From: Patellaria atrata CBS 101060 | Taxonomy: Eukaryota | Assembly: GCA_010093705.1 (NCBI GenBank) | Contig: MU006111.1 | Location: 1-64,000, forward strand | Direction: 5' to 3' | DNA length: 64,000 nucleotides | Part shown: positions 60,562 to 64,000 of the stretch, piece after piece | Position numbering within the stretch: position 1 is the stretch's first letter | How the letters are laid out: every line of letters starts with the position of its first letter | The notes under the pieces: model-generated | What the model saw: the letters and a program-made list of their open reading frames with translations, nothing else | Databases searched by the model: none | What the model was told of the DNA's origin: nothing | Translations under genes and position numbers: made by a program

Positions 60562-61490
60562 TCATATCCTGACACCCTTACTCCTCAATACATTAATGAT
60601 TGAATGCCCTGTAAACTCCAACCACTCCCCCAAATTGCCCACTGCCCCTCCAACCACTCTGAGGTCTTCTAACCTGGCATCCAAAAACCTCTCTGTATCC
60701 TTGAAATCCGTGCTCTGATCCTGTGTCATGAAAAGCTCTGTAGCAGAGTAAATGGTAGAAAGACTCGCTCTTTTGGTGTACCACGAAGTATCCACACTAG
60801 TGTCGCCTGCCAGATACCAAATCTCATCCGCTAGATGGGCGAGTTCGCGTAAGGACGCGGGAACGTACGTGGGATGGGCCATTATCGCGAGTGCCTATAC
60901 AGATGCCATTAGACTCGAGAAACAGCAATATAATATAGAGACATCAATGAGATCAACCCTTTGTCCATATCTTCAATTTGATCCAGGTAAGTAGCTTGCC
61001 CACACCTTCACATACGGAATCAAGAGTCCAAACTCACCTCTTGCCACCGCCCTACAACCCCAGCCTCCACATTTCCCCTCAATCGCTCCATAACCAACAC
61101 GCGCACCTTATGTCCTGTCCCCATACCCCCCTTCCCCTCCTTAGCTTCTGGAAACTGCACCCTCGCCCCTAGACCTAGCCGTTGCGATACTAAATGCCAT
61201 AATACGATCTCGAACACCCCTCGGGGTAGAACATTCGTCGACGGGTCGATATATCCCGCGTCTCGCGCGCCGAGTGTCAGCGCTGCCGGGCTAAATCCAT
61301 GTGAGGGTACGTGCGAGAGAGCTGCGGAGAGGATGGCGGATTCGGTTGGGTTGTATGGGGATGGGGAAGGTGAGTAGAGGGTGTGGTAGCTACGGGAAAG
61401 GCATCGGCCCGATCTAGATTTTGAGCATCGTAGTGGATGGACCGGTTTTGCTTTTGATATCTGTCGGAAGCAGCGGGCTGGGATAGACAT
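60562..61490 (-). CDS. COQ9: Ubiquinone biosynthesis protein Coq9
   Basis: Mitochondrial presequence-like N-terminus; ILSAALSHVPSHGFS, GRWQE|ALAIMA, ELAHLADEIWYLAGDTSVDTSWYTKRASLSTIY..TELFMTQD.S.DF.DT..FL..RL. Confidence 0.93.
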
Positions 61491-61694
61491 TTCCTTTCGT
61501 TGTTGGGTGAGATGAGAGGAGGCTGATCAGAGAGGTGACGGGAGTGCTGCGGAGAAGATCGATCTGCTCAACTTGACGCGCTGGCCAGGTCAATAAATAC
61601 ACCCAACGCAATCAATAGAGTATCTGCTCATGTCCAGTTAGCAAGAGAATCAATCATCCATATTGACACGGAAAGCATTCAGTTTCGTCTTATT

Positions 61695-62624
61695 TCAGGT
61701 CAAGCTTTTCTCGTTATCAACAGCTTCAAGCACCTTCTTTGTCGTCCGATCTCTCCAATCAACATCAACATCACCATAAATCTCTCGAGTCTGCTGGAAC
61801 ACATTCTTCTCCCACTCATCCCCCACGTTCACTTTGCCCGAATCATCCCAGCACCTCTGAACAGTGCCTCCAATATTTCTAAAGAATCCCTCCAAACCGT
61901 CCTTTCCCCCTCCGGCATGATAGCTTTTGAACGGTCCAGATACCGCCCATCGTGGGCCCATACTGGTCTCTACAATACGATCCAATTCCTCTACCGTCAC
62001 TAGGCCTGCATTTACGAGATGAATACTCTCCCTTAGCAACGCGAATGCCAGTCGATTCGCCACGAAGCCGGTGTACTCCTTTTTGATGACCACTGGGCTA
62101 CGACCACGGGCACGCCAAAAGGCCAATGTTCGATCAATGACTCTCTGGTCGGTTTGTGACGAAGGGACGAGCTCTAGCAATGGCATTATATGAGGAGGAT
62201 TATACGGATGCACCACTAAGAGCCGGGACGGATCTTTCATGTTTACAGCTTGCGCGGAAGCAGGTATTCCCGAAGTGCTACTCCAAAACAATGCATCCCC
62301 CGGAGCGAGTTTCTCAACCTCAGGCCATAAGGATGATTTAAATGATAGGCTTTCAGGGCCTTGCTCCTGGATGATGGTGGCGTTCTCGACTGCGGATTCC
62401 AGTGTTGAAGCTATACGGATATCTTTGGCAAGTCCATGTTGACGGGGAGGTAGATATTGCGGAAGCGTGAAATGCACGTACTCTCGAATATCAGACCGAG
62501 TATCATAGATACATAGCTGTTCCGGCCTGGTAAGATGCGCTAAATGCAATGCAGCAAGTGAGAGACCGATAGTTCCTGAACCGATCAGGGTGATCCGCGT
62601 TTCACTATTCTTAACCTCTGCCAT
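61695..62624 (-). CDS. 3-hydroxyacyl-CoA dehydrogenase family protein (lambda-crystallin/carnitine dehydrogenase-like)
   Basis: IGSGTIG, IQEQGPE...K, SSTSGI, VVHPYNPPHIMPLLELV, GFVANRLAFALLRE and MGPRWAVSGPF. Confidence 0.9.
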   Translation of the reverse strand: MAEVKNSETRITLIGSGTIGLSLAALHLAHLTRPEQLCIYDTRSDIREYVHFTLPQYLPPRQHGLAKDIRIASTLESAVENATIIQEQGPESLSFKSSLWPEVEKLAPGDALFWSSTSGIPASAQAVNMKDPSRLLVVHPYNPPHIMPLLELVPSSQTDQRVIDRTLAFWRARGRSPVVIKKEYTGFVANRLAFALLRESIHLVNAGLVTVEELDRIVETSMGPRWAVSGPFKSYHAGGGKDGLEGFFRNIGGTVQRCWDDSGKVNVGDEWEKNVFQQTREIYGDVDVDWRDRTTKKVLEAVDNEKSLT

Positions 62625-62902
62625 ATCTTCGAGTCGGATATTTATATCAGATACATGATGCCTTTTCTTACTCTAGATTTCTACTGATTTTGTGGGCTTA
62701 GCCGATAAATCTTCCCCGCATGAGATTTTGTTCCACATACCGCATTAAGTTACCGAGAATTGCCATCATGTAGTTCAAAGATTCCTCGGACGGTAAGTTC
62801 CTGATAATTTCGAAGTCCGAGCAAATTTGATCATGTCTCTCTGGAAGTACTTCCGCTATTTCTTCTGACAGAACCGGACGTATTGTTAGTGAGTATGATA
62901 AG

Positions 62903-64000
62903 ATGACTATTTTCAAATCCCGTCATCCACGGATAGACAGTAAATATCCCTATATTTAAAAAATATACTGCATTTTCTCACTGACTGTTTAACAGTTCCG
63001 ACGGACCTCACAACATGGGACTGGCTATTTGATTCTAAGAAGTACTCCCCAATCCAGAAGTATCCCGAGTTTGAGCTCGCCGGATATACCAACGCAGTGA
63101 CTAAGGACCGTCTTAACTGGAAAGACGTTAAACAGAATGCTACCTGGTTCTCTACGGCATTAGTGAAGCAGTATGGCTTCCAGCCGGGAGAGACTATATC
63201 CTTGTTCAGCAGGAATACCATATGGTATCCTGTGAGTATGTTTGGTGCCAACCGTGTAGGTTGGTAGCTTCCCATTCCCAACTGATACTACATCCAATTT
63301 TTGACCAGATGTCGCTTCTTTACAGGCGGGGTTGTATCTGGCGCTTCGCCGGCGTATAACGTTGAAGAGATGGCATATGCTCTGAAAACAGCACAGTCCA
63401 AGTTTCTGATGACATCTCCAACGTCCATGGATGTCGCCGCAGCAGCAGCGAAGGAAGCAGGCTTACCGCGAGAGAATATTATTCTCCTTGAAGGCGAACT
63501 GAAAGGTTACAAGACAATTCACGATCTAATTACGATTGGTAAAGGTTACGGCGAGCAAGGCCAGACTCCCGCTTTCAAGAATCCCCCAGGCAAGAAGAAT
63601 AACGATATCTGTGGCTTCCTCTCTTTCAGTTCAGGCACTACTGGTCTCCCGAAAGCAGTCATGATCAGTCACCAGAATGTAATCGCACAGTGTCTGCAGA
63701 TCCTACAGATAGCACCGCCAGACCTTAGAAAGGTCCTCGCCGTTCTCCCCCTCTTCCACATCACAGGTCTCGTCCACCAACTGCATTTCCCCATCCTGTT
63801 CAACGCAGAGGTCTTCATGACCCCAACTTTCACCATGAAGATCCTCCTAGATACTGTCACTCAAAATGACATCCGTGAGCTGCTGCTCGTCCCCCCTATC
63901 ATAATCCGTCTCGTACGTGACCCACTTGTCTCCAAATACGATCTCAGTCGCATCCTCCGCTTCTCATCTGGCGCCGCGCCGCTCTCCGCCGAGATCCTCC
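62903..64000 (+). CDS. AMP-binding 4-coumarate/phenylacetate-CoA ligase-like enzyme (partial, runs off the right edge)
   Basis: MTIFKSRHPRID|IPTDLTTWDWLFD, SGASPAYNVEE, FLSFSSGTTGLPKAVMISHQN, LPLFHITG, LLVPP and SSGAAPL. Confidence 0.92.

Noticed and set aside
60983..60993. TACTTACCTGG (U1 snRNA 5'-end-like) on the minus strand inside the COQ9 intron
   Set aside because: No U1 stem-loops or Sm site follow, so it is probably a chance 11-mer.

Overview
Eukaryotic, intron-containing DNA from a filamentous ascomycete (GT-AG introns with CTAAC-type branch points; CpA->TpA damage typical of RIP). The window has two parts. (1) About 1-21.5 kb is an accessory, repeat-damaged block. It holds an NB-ARC NLR-type gene running off the left edge with a short Gly/Asn-rich, amyloid-motif-like N-terminus, facing a decayed SesB-like lipase gene. 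It also holds an internally deleted Ty1/copia element, several LTR relics, a REI1-like zinc-finger gene, an orphan ORF, phosphotransferase and HET-domain pseudogenes, an FAD monooxygenase and two divergent MFS transporters. (2) About 22-64 kb is gene-dense core genome: GH74 xyloglucanase, DPB2, NASP/Hif1-like chaperone, ATG7, DCD1, GYP1, HRP1, diaminopropionate ammonia-lyase-like, GH6 cellobiohydrolase, GH131, thioesterase, SDR, hexose and monocarboxylate transporters, EI24 protein, alpha/beta hydrolase, COQ9, 3-hydroxyacyl-CoA dehydrogenase and a partial 4CL-like CoA ligase. The best leads are the candidate amyloid-signalling NLR/effector pair, a probable poison-exon module in the 1.4-kb HRP1 intron, a GC-AG microexon in GYP1, and a recurring (CAGTA)n promoter motif. 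All gene models were spliced by eye and family calls come from motif recognition, not database searches.
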